64,000 nt of DNA from an uncultured Gemmatimonadales bacterium (GTDB lineage: Bacteria > Gemmatimonadota > Gemmatimonadetes > Longimicrobiales > RSA9), in assembly GCA_963741945.1 (NCBI GenBank), contig CAVUKA010000001.1, positions 768,001-832,000 on the forward strand, written 5' to 3'. The translations under genes were made by a program, and so were the position numbers. Under the pieces are notes generated by a model. It worked only from the letters and a program-made list of their open reading frames with translations, had not been told where the DNA came from and did no database searches. This document shows positions 1-11,292 of this stretch, one piece after another; positions within the stretch are counted from its first letter, which is position 1; each line of letters opens with the position of its first letter.

Positions 1-370
1 ATGGGGGTCGGAAGTCGCTGAAGATGTAGCCGAAGCGCTGCTCCAGCAGGTGGCGGCACTCGGCGCCGGCGAACACGTCCAGGCGACGGCGGCGGTGCGC
101 CGAGATCGCCCGCAGGTCATCCACGCCGTGGATGTGGTCGGCGTGGCAATGCGTGATCCAGACGGCGTCGATGGCGCCGACGCCGGCGCCGGTGAGCTGG
201 AGCCGGAGCTCCACCGGCGTATCCACCAGCACGGTTCCGCGCTCGTCGTGCACCAGGACGGCGTGGCGCGTGCGGTGGTCTCGCGGGTCGTCGGACGTGC
301 ACGTGGGGCAGCGGCAGCCGATGACCGGGATCCCGAAGGATGTGCCCGTGCCCAGGAACGTCAGCTTCAC
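1..370 (-). CDS. MBL-fold metallo-hydrolase, PhnP/YycJ-like (partial, runs off window start)
   Basis: Manual translation from GTG at 370: MKLTFLGTGTSFGIPVIGCRCPTCTSDDPRD...VLVDTP...WITHCHADHIHGVDDLR (HxHxDH motif); GTGA overlap with pyk stop. Not in the ORF track. Confidence 0.9.
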   Translation of the reverse strand, partial: MKLTFLGTGTSFGIPVIGCRCPTCTSDDPRDHRTRHAVLVHDERGTVLVDTPVELRLQLTGAGVGAIDAVWITHCHADHIHGVDDLRAISAHRRRRLDVFAGAECRHLLEQRFGYIFSDFRPP

Positions 371-1800
371 AGCGCCTCGATGCGAAGGAGGTTCGTGGAT
401 CCGACGGTCATGAAGAAGGGGACGCCGGCGGTGACGGGGACGCGATCGCCCGGCGAGGCGAGGCCCATGGCGAGGATGGCCTGCCGGGCGCAGGCGAAGA
501 TCTCGTCGTAATTGGGCTCGCCTTCGATCCGGCAGAGCACGGGGCGCACGCCCCAGACCAGCCCGAGCTGCCGGTACACCTTCAGGTTGTTGCACACCCC
601 GATCACGGGCACGGGCGGACGGTAGCTGGACACCAGCCGCGACGTGAAGCCGCTGCGGGTGAGCGTCACGATGATGGGCGCGCCGAGGAGTCGCACCGCT
701 TCGACGGTGGCGGCGGCAATGGCGTGCTCCGTGGGCGTGGCGCCGGAGCGGAGGTGGTCCGACGTGGGCATGTCGTACTTGGGACCTTCGGCGAACGCCG
801 GCGTTCTCTCGATGGCGCGAGCGATCCGCACCATGGCCTCCACGGCCAGGACCGGGTGCTTCCCCATGGCCGTCTCGCCGGAAAGCATCACCGCATCGGT
901 GCCATCGAAGAGCGCGTTCGCCACGTCGCTGGCTTCGGCCCGCGTGGGCCGCTCGTTCTCCATCATGGATTCCAGCATCTGTGTGGCGGTGATCACCGGC
1001 CGCGCGTGCAGGTTGGCCGACTGGATGATGCGTTTCTGCGCGACGGGCACCTGCTCGAACGGGAGCTCCACGCCCAGGTCGCCCCGCGCAACCATGACCG
1101 CGTCCGTCCGCTCCAGGATCTCGTCCAGGTGCTCGAGGGCCACGTCCTTCTCGATCTTCGCCACGATCAGGATGTCGTCCGGGATCAGGGAGCGGAGCTC
1201 GTCCAGGTCCGTTGGCCGCTGCACGAACGAGAGCCCGATGAAGTCGACGCCGGCCTCCACCGCCATGGCCAGGTCCGTGCGATCCTTGGCCGTCAGCGCC
1301 GGCGTGCTCACGCGGACGCCCGGGAGATTGATGCCCTTGTTCGGCAGGAGCAGCCCGCCCCGGAGCACGGTGGCCCGGACGCGGGGCGCCTCGCTCGCGA
1401 CGACGCTCAGCTCCAGCTTGCCGTCGTCCAGGAGGACGTGGTCGCCGGGGCCCAGGTCGTCGGCCAGCTCCGGGTAGGTGGTGGGGATCTCGTCGCCCGT
1501 CGCTCCGGCCTCCGGAGCGAGCACGACCGTGTGCCCTTCCTCCAGGGTGACGGCCGCGCGCATGGCGCCGACCCGGATCTTGGGACCCGCCAGGTCGGCC
1601 AGCACCGCGATCGGGACGTCCATCCGCGCGGCCAGCTCGCGGACCCAGCCGATCACGCGCCGGTGCTCGTCATGGGTGCCATGGGCCATGTTGATCCGGA
1701 TCACGTTCACGCCTGCCCGGCAAATGGCCTCGATCCCGTCCCGCGACGACGTGGCCGGCCCCACCGTGGCCACGACCTTCGTCCTGAGTGCTTCCGTCAT
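367..1800 (-). CDS. pyk: pyruvate kinase
   Basis: RTKVVATVGPA, DLAGPKIR, AKIEK, MVARGDLGVE, TQMLESM, PTRAEASDVANA, DAVMLSGETA motifs. Confidence 0.97.
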   Translation of the reverse strand: MTEALRTKVVATVGPATSSRDGIEAICRAGVNVIRINMAHGTHDEHRRVIGWVRELAARMDVPIAVLADLAGPKIRVGAMRAAVTLEEGHTVVLAPEAGATGDEIPTTYPELADDLGPGDHVLLDDGKLELSVVASEAPRVRATVLRGGLLLPNKGINLPGVRVSTPALTAKDRTDLAMAVEAGVDFIGLSFVQRPTDLDELRSLIPDDILIVAKIEKDVALEHLDEILERTDAVMVARGDLGVELPFEQVPVAQKRIIQSANLHARPVITATQMLESMMENERPTRAEASDVANALFDGTDAVMLSGETAMGKHPVLAVEAMVRIARAIERTPAFAEGPKYDMPTSDHLRSGATPTEHAIAAATVEAVRLLGAPIIVTLTRSGFTSRLVSSYRPPVPVIGVCNNLKVYRQLGLVWGVRPVLCRIEGEPNYDEIFACARQAILAMGLASPGDRVPVTAGVPFFMTVGSTNLLRIEAL

Positions 1801-3411
1801 CCGTCCCCCCACACGACCTCGCCGCCGACCACCGTGACCACCGCCCGCATCTCCAGCAGCGCCTCCGGCGCCATGCCCAGGGGGTCACCGTCCCAGGCGA
1901 CGAAGTCGGCGAACGTCCCCGGGGCGAGCCGCCCCTGGCGGCCATCTCCCGCTGCACGGGCCGCGCCGGCGGTGTAGCCGGCCAGCGCCCGAACGGCCGG
2001 GATTCGCTCGTCCGGGTGCCACCCGTCGGCCGGCTCGCCCGCCAGATCGCGCCGGGTCACTGCGGCGTAGAGCCCGTGACGGGGATCGGGGGGCTCCACC
2101 GGCGCATCCGATCCCAGCGCCAGCGTGGCGCCGGCCGCTTCCAGCGAGCGGAAGGGGTACGCGTCGCGCGCCCGGTCCCCCCAGTGACGGTCGGCCGCCC
2201 GCCAGTCGGTCATCAGAATGCGACGGCTGGACGGAGCAGATCGCGCTGCGCAGCGTCGGGTGTGGCGCCGATCCCAGATGGTCGCGGCGGATCAACTGGG
2301 CGTGCTCGATCCGGTGCGGCACCGGCCCGGTGAGGGAGCCGCCCTCGGCGTGCAGCACGTCCAGCACCAGGTCGTTGGCGGCGTCGCCGATGGCGTGGAC
2401 GGTCATGGCCAGGCCCGCCGCCGAGCCCCGGCGCACGGCGGCGCGGAACTCGTCGGGCGGGAGCGTGGAGACGCCCCGGTCGTCATCGGTGCCCTCGTAC
2501 GGAGCACGCATCCACGCGGTCCGGGAGCCGAGCGCGCCGTCCAGGAACATCTTGATCCCGCCGACCCGCAGCCAGTCACCGCCGAAGCCGCTGCGCAGGC
2601 CCAGGCGGATGGCCTCGTCCAGCTTCGCCAGTGGCAGGTGCTGGAGGACGCGCAGGCGGAGCTCGTCGGAGGCGCGTGCCATTTCCAGCAGCCCCAGCGA
2701 ATCCGGTTCCACCGTATGCACGCCCGTGACACCCAGGCGGTGCAGCGCGGCCTGGCCCGCCAGAAGCGCGTCGCGCCGCTCCCGTTCGGTTGCCGCGGGC
2801 GCGGCGGCCGTGAGAAGCGGGACGGCGTTGTCGCGCAGGACGCCCGTCGGCTCGCCACTGGCGTCCCTCACGATGCGACCGCCGGCGGGGGATGGCGTAT
2901 CGCGATCGATGCCGGCCAGGCGAAGCGCCGCGCTGCTGGCCCAGACCGAGTGCATGTCGTGGCTGTGCAGCAGCACCGGGCGGCCGGGGAGCGCCGCATC
3001 GAGGTGACGGCGGTGCGGCGGCGCCTTCCAGCGGTGCGGATCCCAGCCCCGGCCGACCACCCAGCCCGAAGCGTCGCCGGTGCGTCCCTGCCCCCCGGCG
3101 AGCGCGTGCTCGGCCACGCGTGTGGCGGCTTGCTCGGGCGACGTGGTGATCGTGAGATCCACGGCGAGAAGCGACAGCGCCCATTCCACCAGGTGGACGT
3201 GTGCGTCCGTGAGCCCCGGCGTGATCGTGAGGTTCGGAAGATCCAGGCGCCGGGCATCGCCGGCCATCGCCTCCAGCTGGTGGCCATCGCCCACGGCCAG
3301 AACACGACCATCGCGCACCAGCACGGCGCCGGCGGGAGCCGCATCGGTGCCCGGGGCCGCGTGGACGCGGGAGGCCCGGATCAGGAGCATGGGTTTGGAG
3401 TCCGTCGCCAT
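1797..3411 (-). pseudogene. amidohydrolase 3 family (YtcJ-like), split by a 1-nt insertion near 2217
   Basis: PGLTDAHVH, KMFLDGALGSRTAW, HAIGDAAN, HRIEHAQ in ORF 1885..3726; continues as MTDW...LGSDAPVE...GRLAPGTFADF in ORF 1797..2213. Removing one T restores QPSHLMTDW. Confidence 0.9.
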
Positions 3412-3582
3412 GGCCGTGACCGATCGTTCGGGGAGCGCCGGACCGCGCGCGGTGGAAAACCGGGGCGTCAGACCGTACCTTGTCGCGTCCCTGCGCGGGA
3501 GCGGCGCGATCTCGGGCGAAATCGTACCAGCGCCGCCCGGCGCGCGCAAACAGGCAGACTCCTTGCACCACCACCGGCCCGA

Positions 3583-4725
3583 ATGCAGCTGATCGGAAAC
3601 ATACGCGAGCTGGAAACCCTGGCGGACCGCCTGGCGGGCGAGCCGCTCGTCGCCGCGGACACGGAAGCAGCCGGGTACCACCGTTACCTCGACTCGCTGT
3701 GCCTCGTGCAGCTGTCCACGCGCCACGAGACGTGGCTCGTGGACACGGTGGCACTCGGGTCACTGAACCCGCTGGCCGACGTCTTCGAGGACCCGGCCGT
3801 GGAGATCCTGTTCCACGACGCCGACTACGACCTCCGACTGCTGGACCGCGACTTCGGCATGCATGTCGCCGGCCTGTTCGACACCAAGATCGCCGCGCGT
3901 TTCGTGGGCGAGCGATCGTTCGGGCTCGCCAGCCTGCTGGAAGACGAGCTCGGGATCGCGCTGGAAAAGAAGTACCAGCGCGCCGACTGGGCCCGACGTC
4001 CGCTCCCGGAGGACATGCTGGAATACGCCGCCATGGACACGCGCTACCTCCCCCAGCTCCGGGACGTGCTCCGGTCCCGCCTGGAGGAGATGGGACGACT
4101 GGCCTGGGCCGAGGAGGAGTTCCGCATCACCGAGAAGACGCGCTGGGAACCGCCCGACGATGCCGACCCGGCGTTCCTGCGCATCAAGGGCACGCGCGAC
4201 CTCGACGGCCGCGGCCTGGCCGCGCTGCGGGAGCTGTACGCGTGGCGCGAACAGGTGGCGGAGGAGCGCGACGTGGCCCCCTTCCGCGTCCTCAACAACG
4301 AGGCCCTGGTGGAGGTGGCCCGGAGCATGCCCCACCGCACGCAGGAGCTCGACGACGTGCAGCGGCTCTCGGCGGGGAACGCCCGCCGGTACGGCGACGC
4401 CCTCGTGGCCGCCGTCGAGCGCGCCCGGGCTCTCCCGGACTCCGAGCTCCCGGAGCGGCCGCGACCCCCGCGGCGACCCCCGCGGGATCCGGAGTTCGAA
4501 CGGGAGGTGGACCGGCTGAAGAAGGCGCGGGACCAGCAGGCCCAGCGACTGGGGCTCGACCGGGGTTTCCTCATGCCCCGCTCACAGCTCGAAGCGGTGG
4601 CACGGACGCGGCCTGGCTCCCTCGAGGCGCTCGCGGGAGTCGACGGCATGCGAGAATGGCAGGTGGAAGCCCTCGGGGGCGCCCTCCTGGAAGAGCTGCA
4701 CGGGAACGGAACGAGAGAGAACTAG
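3583..4725 (+). CDS. rnd: ribonuclease D (DEDD 3'-5' exonuclease plus HRDC)
   Basis: AADTE, LCLVQLST, FHDADYDL, FDTKIAA, QRADWARRPL, YAAMD, WREQVAEERDVAPFRVLNN (HRDC). Confidence 0.92.
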   Translation: MQLIGNIRELETLADRLAGEPLVAADTEAAGYHRYLDSLCLVQLSTRHETWLVDTVALGSLNPLADVFEDPAVEILFHDADYDLRLLDRDFGMHVAGLFDTKIAARFVGERSFGLASLLEDELGIALEKKYQRADWARRPLPEDMLEYAAMDTRYLPQLRDVLRSRLEEMGRLAWAEEEFRITEKTRWEPPDDADPAFLRIKGTRDLDGRGLAALRELYAWREQVAEERDVAPFRVLNNEALVEVARSMPHRTQELDDVQRLSAGNARRYGDALVAAVERARALPDSELPERPRPPRRPPRDPEFEREVDRLKKARDQQAQRLGLDRGFLMPRSQLEAVARTRPGSLEALAGVDGMREWQVEALGGALLEELHGNGTREN

Positions 4726-4739
4726 AACGCGGAGGCCTC

Positions 4740-5117
4740 ATGGGCGCGGATATTGTCGAGCGCGGCGACATCTCGGTCTACCTGGTCGCGGGTGTGCCGA
4801 AGAGCTTCAAACGGAAGCTGCAGAAGTTCGTGGAGAATGAAGCCAAGGAAGATGGCGACGTCTACATGCTGGATGACGAGCTGTCGGAATGGGTCATCTC
4901 GCACATCCGGAACGAGAAGCGCGGCGGCCGCGACCGCACGCCCGCTTCCGCGGCCCTGTGGCGCGCCTACGCCGCCCTCAGCGCCGCGCGCTACCACCTC
5001 CAGCATTCGCCTGCAGAGGAAGAACGCGTGCGGACGCTGCGCAACCAGGTCGAGGACATCTGGCGCGAGCTCAGCCCCATGTTCGACGAGGAGGGCGAGC
5101 CCGAGCTGGAGGGCTGA
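4740..5117 (+). CDS. hypothetical protein (125 aa)
   Basis: GGAGG SD before ATG 4740; normal high-GC codon pattern; directly follows rnd. Confidence 0.75.
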   Translation: MGADIVERGDISVYLVAGVPKSFKRKLQKFVENEAKEDGDVYMLDDELSEWVISHIRNEKRGGRDRTPASAALWRAYAALSAARYHLQHSPAEEERVRTLRNQVEDIWRELSPMFDEEGEPELEG

Positions 5118-5155
5118 GCCGCCAGGGCCGGAGGGGCCCGGGTCGCCTGCCTGTC

Positions 5156-5180
5156 GGGTTCTGTTTGCGGGAGTTGTTGG
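5156..5180 (+). repeat. dispersed 25-bp motif, copy 1 (IS1595 TIR-like)
   Basis: GGGTTCTGTTTGCGGGAGTTGTTGG between convergent genes; preceded by CTGTC as at 14282. Confidence 0.9.
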
Positions 5181-5199
5181 CTGGCCGCCCGCCCACCCG

Positions 5200-5703
5200 C
5201 TACGGCATCGGCAGCGCGCCCCCGCCGCCACGCCACGGGTCGAAGCCGAACGTGTAGTAGTCGCTCGGGCGGCCCGTCACCGCTTCCGCGGCCTCGCCGA
5301 GTCGCGCCACCGTGTCTCCGTCCTCGCCGGCACCTTCCGCCGCGGCCTGGATCGACACCAGCAGCTCGCGCACGTCATCCGGCCGAAGCAGCACGTACGA
5401 CCGAGGGTCCTCCGCCTCGCCGCGCCGGTGGACGACGAGCTCCACCTGGTCCGCGTCCGCCGAGAGCTTCCATACGTCGTTCGTTTTCTTCAGCAGCTTG
5501 TCCGACGTCTTCACCTCGGCGTGCACCGCCTTCACCAGGCGCTTCACGTCCACATCCGCGCCCTCGCCCCTGCGCGCGCCGAAGCGCTGCCCCAGCTCAC
5601 GCGGGTCGCTGTCCTCCGCCCGGGACACCGCCCGGTTCATTAGCCCGCCCACCTGGGCGTAGATCCCGACCACGAGCGGGACGGGGTCGATTACGATCCG
5701 CAT
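5200..5703 (-). CDS. hypothetical protein (167 aa)
   Basis: AAGGAG SD upstream; plausible composition; no family recognised. Confidence 0.7.
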   Translation of the reverse strand: MRIVIDPVPLVVGIYAQVGGLMNRAVSRAEDSDPRELGQRFGARRGEGADVDVKRLVKAVHAEVKTSDKLLKKTNDVWKLSADADQVELVVHRRGEAEDPRSYVLLRPDDVRELLVSIQAAAEGAGEDGDTVARLGEAAEAVTGRPSDYYTFGFDPWRGGGGALPMP

Positions 5704-5977
5704 TGAGACTGTCTCCTTGTTCCGCTTCCATCATCCTTACGACGTCGACCGCCGGACCACGACCACCCCACTGAGGCCGCGCCACCACGGCCACTCCACA
5801 CCGGCCAGTCCCATTCATCGACCGTCCTGCGCCGGCCGCCCCACAGTCTGGCGGCCGACGCCTCGCTCGTCCAGGCAGCGGGGTGGCGCGCGGCACCCCG
5901 CCCGCTCATCTTTTCCTGCCGCCAGTGGGCCCGGACGCGCCGGTTCCGCCCCACGCAAGACTTCTGCAAGGAACAGC

Positions 5978-6418
5978 ATGAAGCGTACACCCGCCCTCGT
6001 CATCGCCTGCGCGGCCGCACTCACGCTGTCGGCGTGCAAGGACGTTGGTCTGGACGTCAACATCCCCGTGGAGGAAGCCGCCACGCGGCCGCAGTCGCAG
6101 CTGATGGCGGCGGTCCACGCTCCGCCGCGAACGCCGGTTCCCCCCATCGTGATCGACGGGCGGCGCTGGGTGGCCTCGGGCTTCCCCCTGCAGCTCGTTG
6201 CGCGGGATCTACAGCCGATCGGCGCCGCGACCGGGGAGACCGTGTACGCGCGGAAATGGGACTCCGCACCCTACGACGAGGTGTTCACCCAGGCCCCGCC
6301 GGACGTGGCCGCTTCGGGAACCACCGCGCTCGAGGCCATCATCCACCCGCGGCCGTGGCTGTCCTACGCGCCGGTGGTGGGAAGGACCGGGCCAGTCCCC
6401 GCTCGGGCCGGAGACTGA
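5978..6418 (+). CDS. hypothetical lipoprotein
   Basis: MKRTPALVIACAAALTLSAC lipobox; AAGGA SD. Confidence 0.8.
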   Translation: MKRTPALVIACAAALTLSACKDVGLDVNIPVEEAATRPQSQLMAAVHAPPRTPVPPIVIDGRRWVASGFPLQLVARDLQPIGAATGETVYARKWDSAPYDEVFTQAPPDVAASGTTALEAIIHPRPWLSYAPVVGRTGPVPARAGD

Positions 6419-6435
6419 CCGCCCGCTGCGGCGGG

Positions 6436-6555
6436 GCCGGGCGGCGCGGAGCCGGGCGGCGGGGGGGCGGGCGGCGCGGGGCCGGGCGGCGCGGGGCCGG
6501 GCGGCGCGGGGCCGGGCGGCGCGGGGCCGGGCGGCGCGGGGCCGGGCGGCGCGGG
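6436..6555. repeat. 15-bp tandem repeat (GCCGGGCGGCGCGGG) x8
   Basis: Five perfect units from 6481 plus three variant units, between convergent genes. Confidence 0.95.
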
Positions 6556-6591
6556 GAAGTCGGCGAGGGGGAGGGCGGGTGGCCGCTCGCG

Positions 6592-6924
6592 CTATGCGCC
6601 AGCCTCGCGCTCGAGCGCCGAGCGGGAGACCGCGTGGTGCGATCCGTGCCACACCACGGCGCCTGAGCGCAGCAACAGCGCCTGCGGCGACGCGTGGCGG
6701 ACGCCGAGTTCCCGCTCGACGGCTCGCGACAGCGGTCGATCGCGAACCACATCCACTTCGTAGATCGGCACGTCCGGGTGTGCTGCGGCGAACGCCAGGA
6801 CTTCGCGGCGAGCCATGGAGGAGACGCCGCACAGTGGGCTGTGCTTGTAGATGAGCGCCAGCGGCTCGCGCAGCGCCTCGGCCAGTCCGCTTTCCGTCGT
6901 CAGCCGCTTCGGCTCCCCAGCCAC
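6592..6924 (-). CDS. ytxJ: YtxJ/BrxC family monothiol redoxin (DUF2847)
   Basis: IYKHSPLCGVS and GVRHASPQALL...VWHGSH motifs. Confidence 0.85.
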   Translation of the reverse strand: MAGEPKRLTTESGLAEALREPLALIYKHSPLCGVSSMARREVLAFAAAHPDVPIYEVDVVRDRPLSRAVERELGVRHASPQALLLRSGAVVWHGSHHAVSRSALEREAGA

Positions 6925-6963
6925 ACGTCCCTCCGCTCTGCGGCGGCGGCCGTCCGGCCGCCC

Positions 6964-7305
6964 TTAGTCGCCGATGTCGAACAGGATGCTGTCGGACGAC
7001 GAGCCGGGTTTCCGCTCGCGCGCGCCACTCCCGGGCTCCGGGTCACCGGAGCCGGGCGGGAGCGTCCTCTCTTCCTGCCGCCGCGCCACCAGCCGCTCGA
7101 GGAAACGTTGCTGGTCCTGCAGGTCGTCGAGGCGCGCCTCGAGGCGCGTGAGCGCGGTTTCGATCCGCTCCATGTCCACGGCCGGCAGCGAGGGCTCCCG
7201 TCGGCTCTCCAGCGTCCGGTGGTCCCGACCGATCCACTGGAGCCCCCGCACGAGCACGAGGACGCCGGCCACGATCGTAAAAACGAACATCATGAATCCG
7301 ATCAC
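6964..7305 (-). CDS. small membrane-anchored coiled-coil protein
   Basis: N-terminal TM helix, then ERIETALTRLEARLDDLQDQQRFLERL. Confidence 0.7.
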   Translation of the reverse strand: MIGFMMFVFTIVAGVLVLVRGLQWIGRDHRTLESRREPSLPAVDMERIETALTRLEARLDDLQDQQRFLERLVARRQEERTLPPGSGDPEPGSGARERKPGSSSDSILFDIGD

Positions 7306-7353
7306 GTTTCCTCCGGCGCTGCGGCTTCCGCTCTCCCGCGTCCGCGGTTCGCG

Positions 7354-7632
7354 CTAGAACAGCTTCCCACCAAGCGACGGCTCCTTGTCCGTGCGCGTGC
7401 CCAGCTTCACGAACGTGGCGATACGCGCGGTCCCTTCCGCGTGCAGCGTCTCGTGAACCCGCTGGATCGCTGCCAGGATGTCGCCGAGCTCGCCTTCCAT
7501 GTTGGTGCCGTTCGCGTGCAGCTCGACGTGCACCCCGGATCCGGCGAGGATCTGGTGGGCCCGCTTCACTTCGGCGCGCACCGACACGCCCGCCCCGATG
7601 GGGATCACCTGTACTTCCGCCGTCGCCTTCAT
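7354..7632 (-). CDS. MTH1187/YkoF thiamine-binding family protein
   Basis: AEVQVIPIG...HANGTNMEGE...RTDKEPSL, 92 aa. Confidence 0.88.
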   Translation of the reverse strand: MKATAEVQVIPIGAGVSVRAEVKRAHQILAGSGVHVELHANGTNMEGELGDILAAIQRVHETLHAEGTARIATFVKLGTRTDKEPSLGGKLF

Positions 7633-7647
7633 CGCCGCACCATCAGC

Positions 7648-7818
7648 TCAGGCGACGGGGGGCGTCAGCACCAGGAGCACCGCCAGCGGCGCCTTCCCGC
7701 CCCCGGGATCCTGGTCCGGTTTCGGCGTCGGGTCCCGTTGCGGGCCCGTTGTGTCCCTGCACGCGGTCACGCCGGCCCCCAGCACGAGGGCCATCGCCAG
7801 CACGAGAGTCCGCTTCAT
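7648..7818 (-). CDS. small lipoprotein (56 aa)
   Basis: MKRTLVLAMALVLGAGVTAC lipobox; ATGA overlap with the upstream DDAH stop. Confidence 0.7.
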   Translation of the reverse strand: MKRTLVLAMALVLGAGVTACRDTTGPQRDPTPKPDQDPGGGKAPLAVLLVLTPPVA

Positions 7819-8624
7819 GCTTCCGCCTCCGCGCGGAAGACGAGACTGCAGCACGTCACACCCGCCTCCGCTTTCTCGAGTTCCGATACATCCACTGAAA
7901 CCTGCCTGGAAACGCCCGCCGCGGCAATCCGGTCCGCGGTCCGCGGATGGCCTGCGGCCAGGAGCACGGCGTCGCCCACGCGCAGCACGTTGGCGGCGAC
8001 GGGCTCCCCCGCGGCCACCTCTACAACGCGCAGGTCGCGGAACGTGCGACGATCCACCCAGTCGGGGTTCAGCACCACCATGTCGTCCGCGGCGACCGAG
8101 ACGGCAGACTTCAGGTGCAGGCAGCCGCGCACCGGGACGCGCCTCACCTGGTACCCGAACGGCTCCAGCGTCTCCTGGAGCTGGCGCGCGCCCTCCAGGT
8201 CGGTCCGCTCCGACGCCCCCACGAACACGAGGTTTCCGACCACCAGCACGTCACCGCCATCGACACGCCCGGGGGCCTCGATGTGGCGAACGGTGCGGTG
8301 GCGCGCCAGCGCCTCCGCCACTCCTGTGACCTCCCCCCTCCGCGAAAGGGCGCCCGGCCGGGTCACGACGGCCACCTCGTCCACCACCACGGCCACATCC
8401 TCGACGAACACGCTGTCGGGGTGATCCGGCGCATCCGGCAGCCGCCGCACTTCACAGCCGAGATCGCGCAGCGCCCGTTCGTACGTCGCGTGCTGGGCGC
8501 GGGCGACCTCGAGGTCGATCGGCTCGCGGGGCAGGTGCGTCAGCTCGCACTCGGCGAGGCGCGGGCTCACCGCGCGCGTGTATGCGATCCACATGGCTCC
8601 CTCCGCTTCCACGTCCGTGCTCAT
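7815..8624 (-). CDS. dimethylarginine dimethylaminohydrolase (DDAH)
   Basis: CELTHLPR, PDSVFVED, RRGEV, DGGDVL, LHLKS, SELEKAEAGVTCCS. Confidence 0.92.
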   Translation of the reverse strand: MSTDVEAEGAMWIAYTRAVSPRLAECELTHLPREPIDLEVARAQHATYERALRDLGCEVRRLPDAPDHPDSVFVEDVAVVVDEVAVVTRPGALSRRGEVTGVAEALARHRTVRHIEAPGRVDGGDVLVVGNLVFVGASERTDLEGARQLQETLEPFGYQVRRVPVRGCLHLKSAVSVAADDMVVLNPDWVDRRTFRDLRVVEVAAGEPVAANVLRVGDAVLLAAGHPRTADRIAAAGVSRQVSVDVSELEKAEAGVTCCSLVFRAEAEA

Positions 8625-9160
8625 CCGCCAGCCGTTAAACGCGCGTCACCCAGCCGGTACACGCTGATGGTCGCGTCGCCCACACGGTGCCGCTCGGCGG
8701 AGCCGGGCAGATGATGGTCGGCGGCGTGCTCCACGGCCAGCACGGTCGCGAATGGGACATCGATCCAGCGCTCCACCAGCCGGTCCGTCTGGCGGGAGCC
8801 GTACGGCGGGTCGGCCAGCACCAGCTCGTAGGCGTGGGGAGAAAGCATGAACGCGAATCGGAGGGCATCGCGCTTGAACACCCGCGCCCGCGATTTCGCG
8901 CGCAGCGCGGCGACGTTCGCCTTCAGCGCGTGCAGCGTCGAGGGATTGTTCTCGACGAAGTCCACCGACGCGGCGCCGCGCGAAAGCGCCTCGAGCCCGA
9001 CGGCCCCCGTCCCGGCGTAGAGCTCCAGCACACGGGCGCCCGCCAGGTCCGGCTGCAGCAGCTCGACCCACCGGTCGCGCACCGCTTCCGCCGTCGGACG
9101 GACCCGTCCGGCCGGGGACGTGAGGTCCGTCCCCGCCCACTTCCCGGCAATGATCCTCAC
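8621..9160 (-). CDS. rsmD: 16S rRNA m2G966 methyltransferase RsmD family
   Basis: MRIIAGKW, VRPT, LELYAGTGAVGLEALSRGA, ADPPY. Confidence 0.9.
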   Translation of the reverse strand: MRIIAGKWAGTDLTSPAGRVRPTAEAVRDRWVELLQPDLAGARVLELYAGTGAVGLEALSRGAASVDFVENNPSTLHALKANVAALRAKSRARVFKRDALRFAFMLSPHAYELVLADPPYGSRQTDRLVERWIDVPFATVLAVEHAADHHLPGSAERHRVGDATISVYRLGDARLTAGG

Positions 9161-9519
9161 CGGGCGCGGAGCCCGTTGCGGTGCAGCGACAGCGCAGCTT
9201 CGAACCGCTCGCGCGCCTCCGCTTCCGTCTCACCTGTCGCCACGCAGCCGGGGAAGCCGTCGGCGTGTGCCGAAAAACCGGTCCGCGTCGCTTCGAGAAC
9301 AGGTGCGGCCTCCGCGTCCGGGTCCACCGGAGGCGCCGCCCCGGCCGCGCGCGAGCGGGCGGCATCGGCCGCCTGCGGGCCCAGCTCGTGGGTGTGCCCC
9401 ACCCAGACGGTGACCACGCCGGGCCTGTCCCCATGGACGTACTGGCGGCAGGCGCCTTCGGTGTCGCCCAGGTACCAGCCGTCGTCCTTCAAGCTCTTCA
9501 GCAGGTGTCGACCTTCCAT
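9157..9519 (-). CDS. HicA-like/HicB-like fusion protein (120 aa)
   Basis: N-half LKDDGWYLGDTEGACRQYVHGDRPGVVTV resembles HicA; C-half VLEATRTGFSAHADGFPGCVATGETEAEARERFEAALSLH resembles HicB; GTGA overlap with rsmD. Confidence 0.8.
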   Translation of the reverse strand: MEGRHLLKSLKDDGWYLGDTEGACRQYVHGDRPGVVTVWVGHTHELGPQAADAARSRAAGAAPPVDPDAEAAPVLEATRTGFSAHADGFPGCVATGETEAEARERFEAALSLHRNGLRAR

Positions 9520-9658
9520 GGTCCGGAATATAGGGGGGCGCCGCACCGATGGGCGAGCCCGGCGCGGCCGGCGGGGAGAGCGTCCGGGGGGCGGGAAGGC
9601 GCCGGGGTTGAAATGCGGGAAGCGGCCGGCGCAGACCGCCACCCGCCGGCAGCCGCGC

Positions 9659-11251
<1,593 letters not shown>

Positions 11252-11292
11252 AGCCCCGGATGGTCGCGGAAACGAAGCTCGAGATCAAGCCA

